This document shows positions 26,701-33,789 of a DNA stretch of 64,000 bases, piece after piece (position 1 is the stretch's first letter; each line of letters begins with the position of its first letter). The position numbers were made by a program, and so were the translations under genes. The stretch is taken from contig JANWLD010000003.1 of the NCBI GenBank assembly GCA_025451045.1, positions 133,690-197,689 on the forward strand, given 5' to 3'. This DNA comes from Candidatus Saccharimonadales bacterium (GTDB lineage: Bacteria; Patescibacteriota; Saccharimonadia; Saccharimonadales; 2-12-FULL-41-12). The notes below the pieces were generated by a model. The model was not told the DNA's origin and ran no database searches. It saw nothing but the letters and a program-made list of their open reading frames with translations.

Positions 26701-27767
26701 TGCTCGAGATATTTACGGAGTATAGTGGTTAGCTGAATAACTCCTTCGGCGTCCACCCACTCGCTGTCAGCATGCCGCCCGCCGCCGTTAGGCTGGATAA
26801 CGACACAAGGTATATTATGGGCACAAAAATACCGCGCGTCGGTTGAGCCGACAGAATGGCTCTTGGGGATTTTCCGGCCCAGCACTGTTTCGGCAGTCCG
26901 GATAAAGTCGATTATTTCCGGTTTTTCGGTATCTACGTTTATGCACGAGAAAAGTTCGATGTTTTTACTGTCCACGCCATGTTTTAGGCATATCTTCTCC
27001 ACTTGAGCCTTGAGACTTTCATATATTTCACTGGTTTTGAACCGGATGTCTAAAACAGCTTCGGCGTGGTCGGGAATCTGGTTCATGGCTTTGCCGGAGC
27101 TGATTTTCGTAAGCGACAGTGTCAATTCTTCGTCAGAGTAGTCTTCGCGGAGTTTGTGAAGTTCGTGTATCGTTCGGGTCAAGATTTCCGCGGCGTTTAT
27201 TCCTTTGTGAGGGACAGAGCCATGGGCGTTCTTGCCGGTTTTTGAAAGTTTGACGAACCAGGCGCCGTTGCCGGTCGACTCCAAGTGCCAGTCTTTGCCG
27301 GAATCCGGCAGAATACAAACATTGGCGCCGTAGCCTTGGTTGAGCAAGGCTTCAACGCCGTTGTGGCCGCCGATTTCTTCGTCAAAACTGAGCATAATAC
27401 CAAAATCGTATTTGGAGGTGTCTTTTCCAAGGTCATTAATTAGCTTCATATAGCTAGCGCAAGCGAATTTCATATCGAAAGTACCCCGGCCTTTCAGCTT
27501 ACCGTCTTCTCTTTTCATTTTAAAAAGCTTGTCACCCGCTGGTACGACATCCATATGGCATTGAAGCATTACTTTCGGTTTTTTGGTCTTTTGAGCGGTA
27601 GCAACGACATTAGGATAACCGTCGGACTCTATTAGCTTGGTATGCAGGCCGTGAGATTTGAAAAATTCAGCGCAATGCTCAGCGCAGGCTTTTGAGGCCT
27701 TTTTATCGGCTGTAACCGAAGCAAAGGCCACCAGTTCTTCCAGATAGTCAGCTTCACTCTTCATGCC
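26685..27767 (-). CDS. M20-family metallopeptidase/deacylase (ArgE/DapE-like)
   Basis: LQCHMDVVPAGD, GRGTFDMK and SFDEEIGG metal-ligand motifs; start placed at the internal MGMKSE (track ORF extends to 27833). Confidence 0.8.
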   Translation of the reverse strand, partial: GMKSEADYLEELVAFASVTADKKASKACAEHCAEFFKSHGLHTKLIESDGYPNVVATAQKTKKPKVMLQCHMDVVPAGDKLFKMKREDGKLKGRGTFDMKFACASYMKLINDLGKDTSKYDFGIMLSFDEEIGGHNGVEALLNQGYGANVCILPDSGKDWHLESTGNGAWFVKLSKTGKNAHGSVPHKGINAAEILTRTIHELHKLREDYSDEELTLSLTKISSGKAMNQIPDHAEAVLDIRFKTSEIYESLKAQVEKICLKHGVDSKNIELFSCINVDTEKPEIIDFIRTAETVLGRKIPKSHSVGSTDARYFCAHNIPCVVIQPNGGGRHADSEWVDAEGVIQLTTILRKYLEQCAII

Positions 27768-27801
27768 CATATTATAGGCTAAATCCGGGTAAATCGCTTC
27801 C

Positions 27802-28215
27802 TTAGGCCGCTTGCTGTATTTCGACCGGCTCAACTGTTTGAGCGGTTGATGCTCTGCCCAAGTCCTTCTCTACGTCAAGTTCGGACAGCCGATCATGCAG
27901 ATTGTGCGGAAGCTCATGGACAAGCTGGACATAATTAGTAATGGGCATGCGGATAATTGGTTTGCCTTCGGCTACCTTTATCCATGCCGCGGGCTTGCCG
28001 CGTTCCTGTTTTGCTTTGGCAAAAGTGTCGTTACGCTTGGTAAGTACCGTGCTATTCGGGTCGAAAGTGCCATCTTCGTATACATAGCGTTCAACGCCGT
28101 TTTGCATGGTCGTAACCCTCATCCTTGGCCCTTCGTATGATTCCGGATAACCCAGTAATTTCTTGCCGTCAGGATAAATTTTTCTTTGCGGCGGTTTGTA
28201 CATCTTTTTGTTCAT
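27802..28215 (-). CDS. Hypothetical 137-aa protein, first gene after the Leu/Ile/Val leader
   Basis: ORF with SD AGGAG; no recognisable motif. Confidence 0.55.
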   Translation of the reverse strand: MNKKMYKPPQRKIYPDGKKLLGYPESYEGPRMRVTTMQNGVERYVYEDGTFDPNSTVLTKRNDTFAKAKQERGKPAAWIKVAEGKPIIRMPITNYVQLVHELPHNLHDRLSELDVEKDLGRASTAQTVEPVEIQQAA

Positions 28216-28235
28216 TTCTCACTCCTCTCTAAATT

Positions 28236-28264
28236 AAAAACTCCCGCTTGGTTAGCGGGAGCTC
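28236..28264 (-). terminator. Attenuator terminator (Leu/Ile/Val leader)
   Basis: Minus strand: AGCUCCCGCU-AACCA-AGCGGGAGUU, then UUUAAUUU; the structural-gene SD lies ~15 nt downstream. Confidence 0.75.
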
Positions 28265-28287
28265 ATTTTCTTAGGTTAATTACAAGC

Positions 28288-28347
28288 TTACCCGCTGGTC
28301 TCCGGGGCCACTACTACTGCGATTGCGAGTATTAATGATTTGCTCAT
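28288..28347 (-). CDS. Leader peptide MSKSLILAIAVVVAPETSG
   Basis: 20-codon ORF; 7 of 19 residues are Leu/Ile/Val, plus 4 Ala; AGCGGG-UA-AGCU around the stop codon is complementary to the terminator 5' arm. Confidence 0.65.
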   Translation of the reverse strand: MSKSLILAIAVVVAPETSG

Positions 28348-28353
28348 AATTCC

Positions 28354-28382
28354 ACCTTACGCCTCTCTGTTAATGTTGTCAA
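28354..28382 (-). promoter_or_regulatory. Putative promoter of the Leu/Ile/Val leader, with its -35 overlapping the upstream stop codon
   Basis: TTGACA (28377-28382, contains the TGA stop of the 528-aa gene), 17-nt spacer, TAAGGT (28354-28359), 6 nt, ATG. Confidence 0.4.
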
Positions 28383-29965
28383 GCAGCTTTCTTAGCTTCA
28401 GCTTTTTGGACTCGTTCTTCGGCACGGTCAATTACATTGACAGCATGCATCAAAGCCTCAACTCCAGCTCTTTCTGAAACTTTTGATTTGGCGTGGGTGT
28501 CTATTTCGTATCCGTTATGTTTGACGGTCGCGAATATTCTGACCGCAGCATCTGAACCTTCTTCCAGATCATCAACGTGCCAGCCGCCAATATCAAACTC
28601 AAAACCTACGATAAACTGCATCACCTGCTTTGCGGCATCTACTACGCCGCCTTCTGATTTGACAGTCTTTTTCTGTCCGTTGATGGTGAGGGTTGCCTCG
28701 CAAATCCCCTCTGTGTCTCCGCTGAAAGAGAAAGTCTCAAGATTGAACTTGTCTTCCATCTTCTCCCCGGTCACTCCGCTAGCAAGTTTTTCGAGGTCAT
28801 TGTGGCCGAGATTTCTGTCTTCATTTGTTGAGAGGTCTTTAACAGCTTCCGTTACCCTCAATAGTTCATCGTCACCCACATTTACATTTAGTCTGGAAAG
28901 TTCGTATCGGACCCCGGCTTTGCCGCTTTGGTCATTTATCTTGAACTCAAAAGGCTTATCAAAACCGAATGTCGAAGAAGGAAAGTTCTTAAAGGTTCCC
29001 TCGTCTTTGATTACGCCGTCCTGATGCATGCCGGAACCGTGCACATAGCTTTTGCGGCCAATGAACGGTTGAGTTTCTGCAACACGTACGCCAAGTGCCC
29101 GCGGCGCTACGCTATGGGTCAGATTACGCAATTTCAACGGGTCGACATTTGTCCTAAGACCCAGTTCTGGCTGGACGGCTATATTACCGACCACCAGTTC
29201 TAAAGGAGTGTTGCCATTGCGCTCACCGACTCCGCCGATTGTTACCTCAACCTGTTCGGCACCGCCGAAACGCAAGGCATCCACGCTATTCATTACCGAT
29301 TGCCCCAAGTCATTGTGGCAATGGGCTGCGATGACTACATCTTTAAAGCCCTGGCTGTCCAGTTCTTCACGTACTGCCAATAGTCTTTCGGAGTATTCTC
29401 TTGGCAACATAGCCCCTACGGTATCAGGAAGCATCATAGTTGTTGCACCAGTGTTGGCTACGGCAAGAACCGTTTTTTTCAAAAACTCCAAGTCAGCCCT
29501 TGTTGAATCTTCAAACGAGAATTCTACGTCATGCGTATGTTCCTTCGCCTGTTTGGTTGATTTAACTGCGAGTTCAAGCAGGCTTTTTCTGCCCATGCCG
29601 AGACGTTCTTTTATGTGCAAATCACTGACCGGCGCGCAAACGTTAATCCGAGCCCTATCACCGGCCGGTTCCAACGCCCGGCCGGCTTGTTCTATATCTT
29701 CAGGCAGTGTTCGAGCAAAAGCGGCTATGATAGGACCGTTTACTTTATCTGCGATATTTCGAACGGTTGCAAAATTGCCGCGGCTGGATCCGGGAAAACC
29801 GGCTTCAATCACATCCGTACCGGCTTCCGCCAAGCTTTCGGCAATGTATAAGGCGTTTTCCTTATTGGCGCTTGCATCGGGTGATTGGACTCCGTCGCGA
29901 AGCGTGGTATCAAAAATTATCACATTGGTTGGTTCTTTAAGTTGTTCTCCGCCTTGCTCTCTCAT
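28379..29965 (-). CDS. LeuA/CimA-family 2-alkylmalate synthase, 528 aa (citramalate synthase inferred from its Ile leader)
   Basis: FDTTLRDGVQS, HCHNDLG, and a C-terminal LeuA-dimer-type regulatory domain. Confidence 0.88.
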   Translation of the reverse strand: MREQGGEQLKEPTNVIIFDTTLRDGVQSPDASANKENALYIAESLAEAGTDVIEAGFPGSSRGNFATVRNIADKVNGPIIAAFARTLPEDIEQAGRALEPAGDRARINVCAPVSDLHIKERLGMGRKSLLELAVKSTKQAKEHTHDVEFSFEDSTRADLEFLKKTVLAVANTGATTMMLPDTVGAMLPREYSERLLAVREELDSQGFKDVVIAAHCHNDLGQSVMNSVDALRFGGAEQVEVTIGGVGERNGNTPLELVVGNIAVQPELGLRTNVDPLKLRNLTHSVAPRALGVRVAETQPFIGRKSYVHGSGMHQDGVIKDEGTFKNFPSSTFGFDKPFEFKINDQSGKAGVRYELSRLNVNVGDDELLRVTEAVKDLSTNEDRNLGHNDLEKLASGVTGEKMEDKFNLETFSFSGDTEGICEATLTINGQKKTVKSEGGVVDAAKQVMQFIVGFEFDIGGWHVDDLEEGSDAAVRIFATVKHNGYEIDTHAKSKVSERAGVEALMHAVNVIDRAEERVQKAEAKKAA

Positions 29966-29982
29966 TCTTCTCCTTATAAATT

Positions 29983-30007
29983 AAAAACTCCCGCTTTCGC
30001 GGGAGCT
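29983..30007 (-). terminator. Attenuator terminator (Ile leader)
   Basis: Minus strand: AAGCUCCCGC-GAAA-GCGGGAGUUU, then UUAAUUU; SD AAGGAGA and ATG follow directly. Confidence 0.78.
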
Positions 30008-30032
30008 TAGCTTTCAAAAACAAAAAGTAAAC

Positions 30033-30086
30033 TTACCCGCGTGCCTCCGGGATAATAATTATTGTGTCAATAATCTGTTTACTCAT
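30033..30086 (-). CDS. Ile-rich leader peptide MSKQIIDTIIIIPEARG
   Basis: 18-codon ORF; 6 of 17 residues are Ile, including a run of four; CGCGGG-UA-AGUU around the stop codon is complementary to the terminator 5' arm. Confidence 0.7.
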   Translation of the reverse strand: MSKQIIDTIIIIPEARG

Positions 30087-30094
30087 CGTCTGAG

Positions 30095-30123
30095 ATTGTA
30101 TAACCTTGAGAATTAGTTGTCAA
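30095..30123 (-). promoter_or_regulatory. Putative promoter of the Ile leader
   Basis: TTGACA (30118-30123), 17-nt spacer, TACAAT (30095-30100), 8 nt, ATG. Confidence 0.55.
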
Positions 30124-30130
30124 CTTTTGG

Positions 30131-31981
30131 TTATTTATAATATGAACTTTGGAACATCTTTGTCATGGATCTTTTATGTATTTCTCTTTGGTGGCGCCAT
30201 TCAGCCCTTTTTATAAGGTTAACTGCTTTGATATAGGCGTGGATGGTGGCGTTGTTCAGGCTGGTGCCTTCGCTGTATGCAGTTACGGTCACGCCTTTAT
30301 AAGCCACCTTGACTATAGCTCCTGCTTCAGAATCGGAGCCGCTATGAAGGGCAAAAGGTTTCGCATCTTCAATATCCCCGCTAAAGTCAAGTATCTTACC
30401 GATGGCGATTCTGGCGGCATCTACTTCCCCCTTGTTGCTCGTGGCTTTTTCTGTTCGTCTCTTGCCGTCTATATTTAAAGTTATTTTGGCATAGTCATCA
30501 TTTTCCTTCCCGTGGGATTTTGCGTGCAGTTCACTATCTGTCATTTTTATAGCGTCGTCCTGCCCGTGGAATAACTGTTCAAGCGCGAAGGCCTCGATTT
30601 CTAGATCGGTTATGGGCTGTTTCCTTGTTTTTGAAACGGTGTTGGAGTTGATAACTATTTGTTCTATATCAAGCTTAGCTACATCAAAGGCTAGATCGGT
30701 TAATCTTTTCACGGTTTCTTCCGAATTAATTACCAATTCTGACTTGTAGATGTCCGTACCGCCAAGATTGGCCCGACCAGCTTTACCTTGGTACTTCCCA
30801 TCTTCCAATATAGCCGCGACGGGATGTCCGAAGCCTCGGTTGTCTACAGCGGCGTAGGTCGCGGCCCCTCCTTTATTAATAGCATCCGAATGAACGCCCG
30901 AGCGGTGAACTATAGTATGGAAACCGGTGACGGGGGTATCGGGGTCAAGCTCCAATCCGGCGGCGTCTAATAGGCCTTCTGCTACGGCTTTCAACTTGGT
31001 TGTATCCACCGTAATTACTACGGGCGCGGCAAACTCATCCCGATCGGTCAGAACGTTGCGTACATAAGGCGCTAAATACATATTGCCGTTGCGTTCGCCT
31101 TTGCCGGGAGCGCTGACTGACTCCACTTGAAAGTCCGGTATAGCTGAACTTCTTGCTAACGCGGCGTTTATTACCGCATGCATTGAAGATATGGTGTTTT
31201 GAACGGCTCTCTGGCCATCATCGTGGTTGTGGCTCGATATCGTAATCTCTTCCACCCTGCCTTCGTCAATCATCCAGTTTGTCGCGGCGTCGAATATTTT
31301 GGCCATGCGGATAGGACTGGCAGCTCCTAGAGTGTCGGGCAGGTTAATTACATTTATATCTTCCTGCAGTGCGGTTCTGACTGCTCTTTCTAAGAAGACC
31401 ATATCAGTTGTAGAAGCTGCTTCGCAGGAAAACTCTACCGTACCATCAGGTCCTATTGCATCTCGGGCTCTGCGTATACTGTCCACGCCCATTTCAAGTA
31501 CTTCTTCCCTGGTCATGGCAGGGTGTTTTGCGCGCATGTGTTCTTCGGCGGTGGCGATAAATACATGTATTCCGGGTCTGTCAGCTTCTTCTACGGCTCT
31601 GGCTGCTTGCTCAATTCCTGCCGGATTAGCCAGAGTAAGTCCGGTAATGACAGGCGTCCAGATTTTTGGCGGCAAGTCTACCCAGTTACCATTTTCAATA
31701 GACTTCGGTAATATCTGGTACTGGGTTTGCCCGACTGTTCTGGCTACTTCAGCTATTTCTTCTTCATCGCCCATACTGGCTGGAAAGCCAGCTTCGATTA
31801 CGTCTACTCCCTGGCTTACTATCAACTCCGCCAGCTCGACTTTTGAGCCTTCAGGGAATTGATTCTCCTGAGGCAAAGACTGCGCCCCGTCGCGTAGCGT
31901 AGTGTCGAATATCTCTATTTTCATTGCCGCCGGATCAAATTCCGGTTTAGAAGGCAGTGTTTCTACTTGGCTTTGTATCAT
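30131..31981 (-). CDS. LeuA-family 2-isopropylmalate synthase-like enzyme, 616 aa
   Basis: FDTTLRDGAQS, SSHNHDDG (HxH) and a C-terminal LeuA-dimer-type domain; preceded by a Leu-rich leader. Confidence 0.85.
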   Translation of the reverse strand: MIQSQVETLPSKPEFDPAAMKIEIFDTTLRDGAQSLPQENQFPEGSKVELAELIVSQGVDVIEAGFPASMGDEEEIAEVARTVGQTQYQILPKSIENGNWVDLPPKIWTPVITGLTLANPAGIEQAARAVEEADRPGIHVFIATAEEHMRAKHPAMTREEVLEMGVDSIRRARDAIGPDGTVEFSCEAASTTDMVFLERAVRTALQEDINVINLPDTLGAASPIRMAKIFDAATNWMIDEGRVEEITISSHNHDDGQRAVQNTISSMHAVINAALARSSAIPDFQVESVSAPGKGERNGNMYLAPYVRNVLTDRDEFAAPVVITVDTTKLKAVAEGLLDAAGLELDPDTPVTGFHTIVHRSGVHSDAINKGGAATYAAVDNRGFGHPVAAILEDGKYQGKAGRANLGGTDIYKSELVINSEETVKRLTDLAFDVAKLDIEQIVINSNTVSKTRKQPITDLEIEAFALEQLFHGQDDAIKMTDSELHAKSHGKENDDYAKITLNIDGKRRTEKATSNKGEVDAARIAIGKILDFSGDIEDAKPFALHSGSDSEAGAIVKVAYKGVTVTAYSEGTSLNNATIHAYIKAVNLIKRAEWRHQREIHKRSMTKMFQSSYYK

Positions 31982-31993
31982 TTTTTCTCCATT

Positions 31994-32024
31994 AAATTAA
32001 AAATAGGCTTCTTGGTTGAAGCCT
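31994..32024 (-). terminator. Attenuator terminator (Leu leader)
   Basis: Minus strand: AGGCUUC-AACCAA-GAAGCCU, then AUUUUUAAUUU; SD GGAGA lies ~15 nt downstream. Confidence 0.7.
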
Positions 32025-32063
32025 GATGCTTTGGGCTGTACTGTGGCTCCGATACCCTCGGAA

Positions 32064-32141
32064 CTAGGCTTCAACCATGCTGAAGCACAGCCCTTTAAGG
32101 CTGAGTAGGAGGTCCAAGTGCTTCGCTATGTATGAAACCAT
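32064..32141 (-). CDS. Leu-rich leader peptide MVSYIAKHLDLLLSLKGLCFSMVEA
   Basis: 26-codon ORF; 6 Leu, clustered as LDLLLSLKGL; its last codons GGUUGAAGCCU(AG) are an 11-nt perfect complement of the terminator 5' arm plus loop. Confidence 0.72.
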   Translation of the reverse strand: MVSYIAKHLDLLLSLKGLCFSMVEA

Positions 32142-32150
32142 ATCAAAATA

Positions 32151-32179
32151 ACGATAACCCGCTTTAGGTCTTTTGTCAA
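32151..32179 (-). promoter_or_regulatory. Putative promoter of the Leu leader
   Basis: TTGACA (32174-32179), 17-nt spacer, TATCGT (32151-32156), 9 nt, ATG. Confidence 0.5.
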
Positions 32180-32180
32180 A

Positions 32181-32273
32181 CCCCGTAGTGAGCTTTCGTG
32201 ACTCTCTCGGCCAAGTGGCCGGGAAACTTTAGCCGCCCCTTTGGGCGGCTAAACTCGAAAGTCTACTACAGGG
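32181..32273 (-). mobile_element. Palindromic insertion element, copy A
   Basis: Minus strand reads CCCTGTAGTAGAC...GCTCACTACGGGG, flanked by 5-bp direct repeat TCAAA (32176-32180, 32274-32278). Inner stem TTTCG/CGAAA; the interior carries the hairpin TTTAGCCGCCC-AAAG-GGGCGGCTAAA (32228-32253). Confidence 0.55.
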
Positions 32274-32987
32274 TCAAACCAGTTTGTATTCACCGTCTGA
32301 TTCTTCAAGATGATAAACTTGGCTTTTGCGCTCAATGATTATCGGCCACTTTTTGGCTTTTGCATGTTCAAGCAGGGTTTTGTTAGGGTTGAAGGCTATG
32401 GGTTTCTCAACCAGTTCCAACATTGGTATATCACCCTCGGTATCGCCGACTCCTATGCTTCCTTCCAGCGACAAACCTTTCGCGTCAATAATTTTTTGCA
32501 AGGTCTTGCCCTTCGCCCCTGCCGGGAAGCTGGCATAGCCGCCGAATTTATCGCCAGACTTTTTGTATTTGGTACCGGTCCATTCGTCAAAACCGTAATA
32601 TTTGGAAACTTTTTCAACTATTTCGTACTGCGAGCCGGAAATCGCTATCAGATAGTATCCTTTGTCTTTCAGCTCAGCTACCAAGTCGCGCGTGTAGGTA
32701 TAGACTTGGTCTTTATATTTTGCGAATACTTTGTCGACTGCTTTAGAAAATACGGATATATTCAGCTGGCTTACGTGCTTGTCGAATATCTCAATCGATT
32801 TATTCGCGTAGTTCTCGTAGGCTTTTTCCGAGCTGCGGGCTTTCCAGGAATCAAACAGGTTATGTACTTCCCGGTAATCTTCATTATCTATCAGTCCTTC
32901 GATTGCCAGTTCATAGAAAACGGCCATGAAAAGCTGCCAGCGGATAAGCGTTCCGTCAAAATCAAACACCGCAAACCTTTTGCTCAT
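32274..32987 (-). CDS. HAD-IB family hydrolase (phosphoserine phosphatase-like)
   Basis: FDFDGTL motif I, S/T motif II region, and GVGDTEGDIPML motif IV. Confidence 0.78.
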   Translation of the reverse strand: MSKRFAVFDFDGTLIRWQLFMAVFYELAIEGLIDNEDYREVHNLFDSWKARSSEKAYENYANKSIEIFDKHVSQLNISVFSKAVDKVFAKYKDQVYTYTRDLVAELKDKGYYLIAISGSQYEIVEKVSKYYGFDEWTGTKYKKSGDKFGGYASFPAGAKGKTLQKIIDAKGLSLEGSIGVGDTEGDIPMLELVEKPIAFNPNKTLLEHAKAKKWPIIIERKSQVYHLEESDGEYKLV

Positions 32988-33781
32988 AGGACTAACTCTA
33001 TGCTTACCGGGCAGTGGTCGGAGCCCATGACGTCGGCGTGGATTTCAGCCAATTTGACCTTGTCTTTTAACGAGTCGGAAACCAGGAAATAATCAATCCG
33101 CCAGCCGACGTTGCGTGCTCGGGCATTAGCCCAATGCGTCCACCAGGTGTAATGGCCGTTGCCACTAGTAAACATTCTAAAAGTATCAACAAAACCGGCG
33201 TCTAAAAAGTTCTGGAAGCCTTCGCGCTCCTCGTCGGTAAAGCCCTTTTTGCCGATGTTCGGTTTTGGCCGTGCCAGGTCTTCCTCTGTATGTGCAACAT
33301 TTAGATCCCCACAAAAAATAACCGGTTTTTTCTGTTCCAACTCTTTGCAATAGGCCAAAAAGGCCGGATCCCACTGCTTGTGGCGCAGAGGTACGCGGGA
33401 TAAATCATCCTTGGCGTTCGGAGTATAGACAGTAACGACATAGAATTTATCGAATTCGGCGGCGATTACCCTGCCTTCTTTGCTCGGGTCGCCGTAATTG
33501 TCGGCTACCAAGCCGTATTTATTGGCGATATGTACGGGTAATCCGTTGATAACGGCTTTGGGCTTTATCTTAGTAAAAATCGCAGTGCCGGAGTAGCCCT
33601 TTTTTTCGGCAGAGTTCCAGTATTCTTCATAGTCTGGCAAATCTACTTCCGATTGTCCCTGTTGGGCCTTGGTTTCCTGCAGACACAGAATATCCGGTTT
33701 ATGTTTTTCGGCAAACGGCATAAATAACTTCTTATTATGGACGGCTCTTATACCATTCACATTCCAGCTATATATTTTCAT
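32984..33781 (-). CDS. xth: Exodeoxyribonuclease III
   Basis: MKIYSWNVNGIRA, LQETK, and SDHCPV at the C-terminus. Confidence 0.92.
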   Translation of the reverse strand: MKIYSWNVNGIRAVHNKKLFMPFAEKHKPDILCLQETKAQQGQSEVDLPDYEEYWNSAEKKGYSGTAIFTKIKPKAVINGLPVHIANKYGLVADNYGDPSKEGRVIAAEFDKFYVVTVYTPNAKDDLSRVPLRHKQWDPAFLAYCKELEQKKPVIFCGDLNVAHTEEDLARPKPNIGKKGFTDEEREGFQNFLDAGFVDTFRMFTSGNGHYTWWTHWANARARNVGWRIDYFLVSDSLKDKVKLAEIHADVMGSDHCPVSIELVL

Positions 33782-33789
33782 AAACTCAC

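Noticed and set aside
32025-32273. Possible T-box riboswitch upstream of the 616-aa LeuA-like gene (a long structured leader with a terminator)
   Set aside because: I found no T-box consensus (no GGTGGNACCGCG-like element) and no specifier-loop/AGAGA architecture. A Leu-rich short ORF with 1:2, 2:3 and 3:4 pairings explains the region better, and part of it is an inserted palindromic element.
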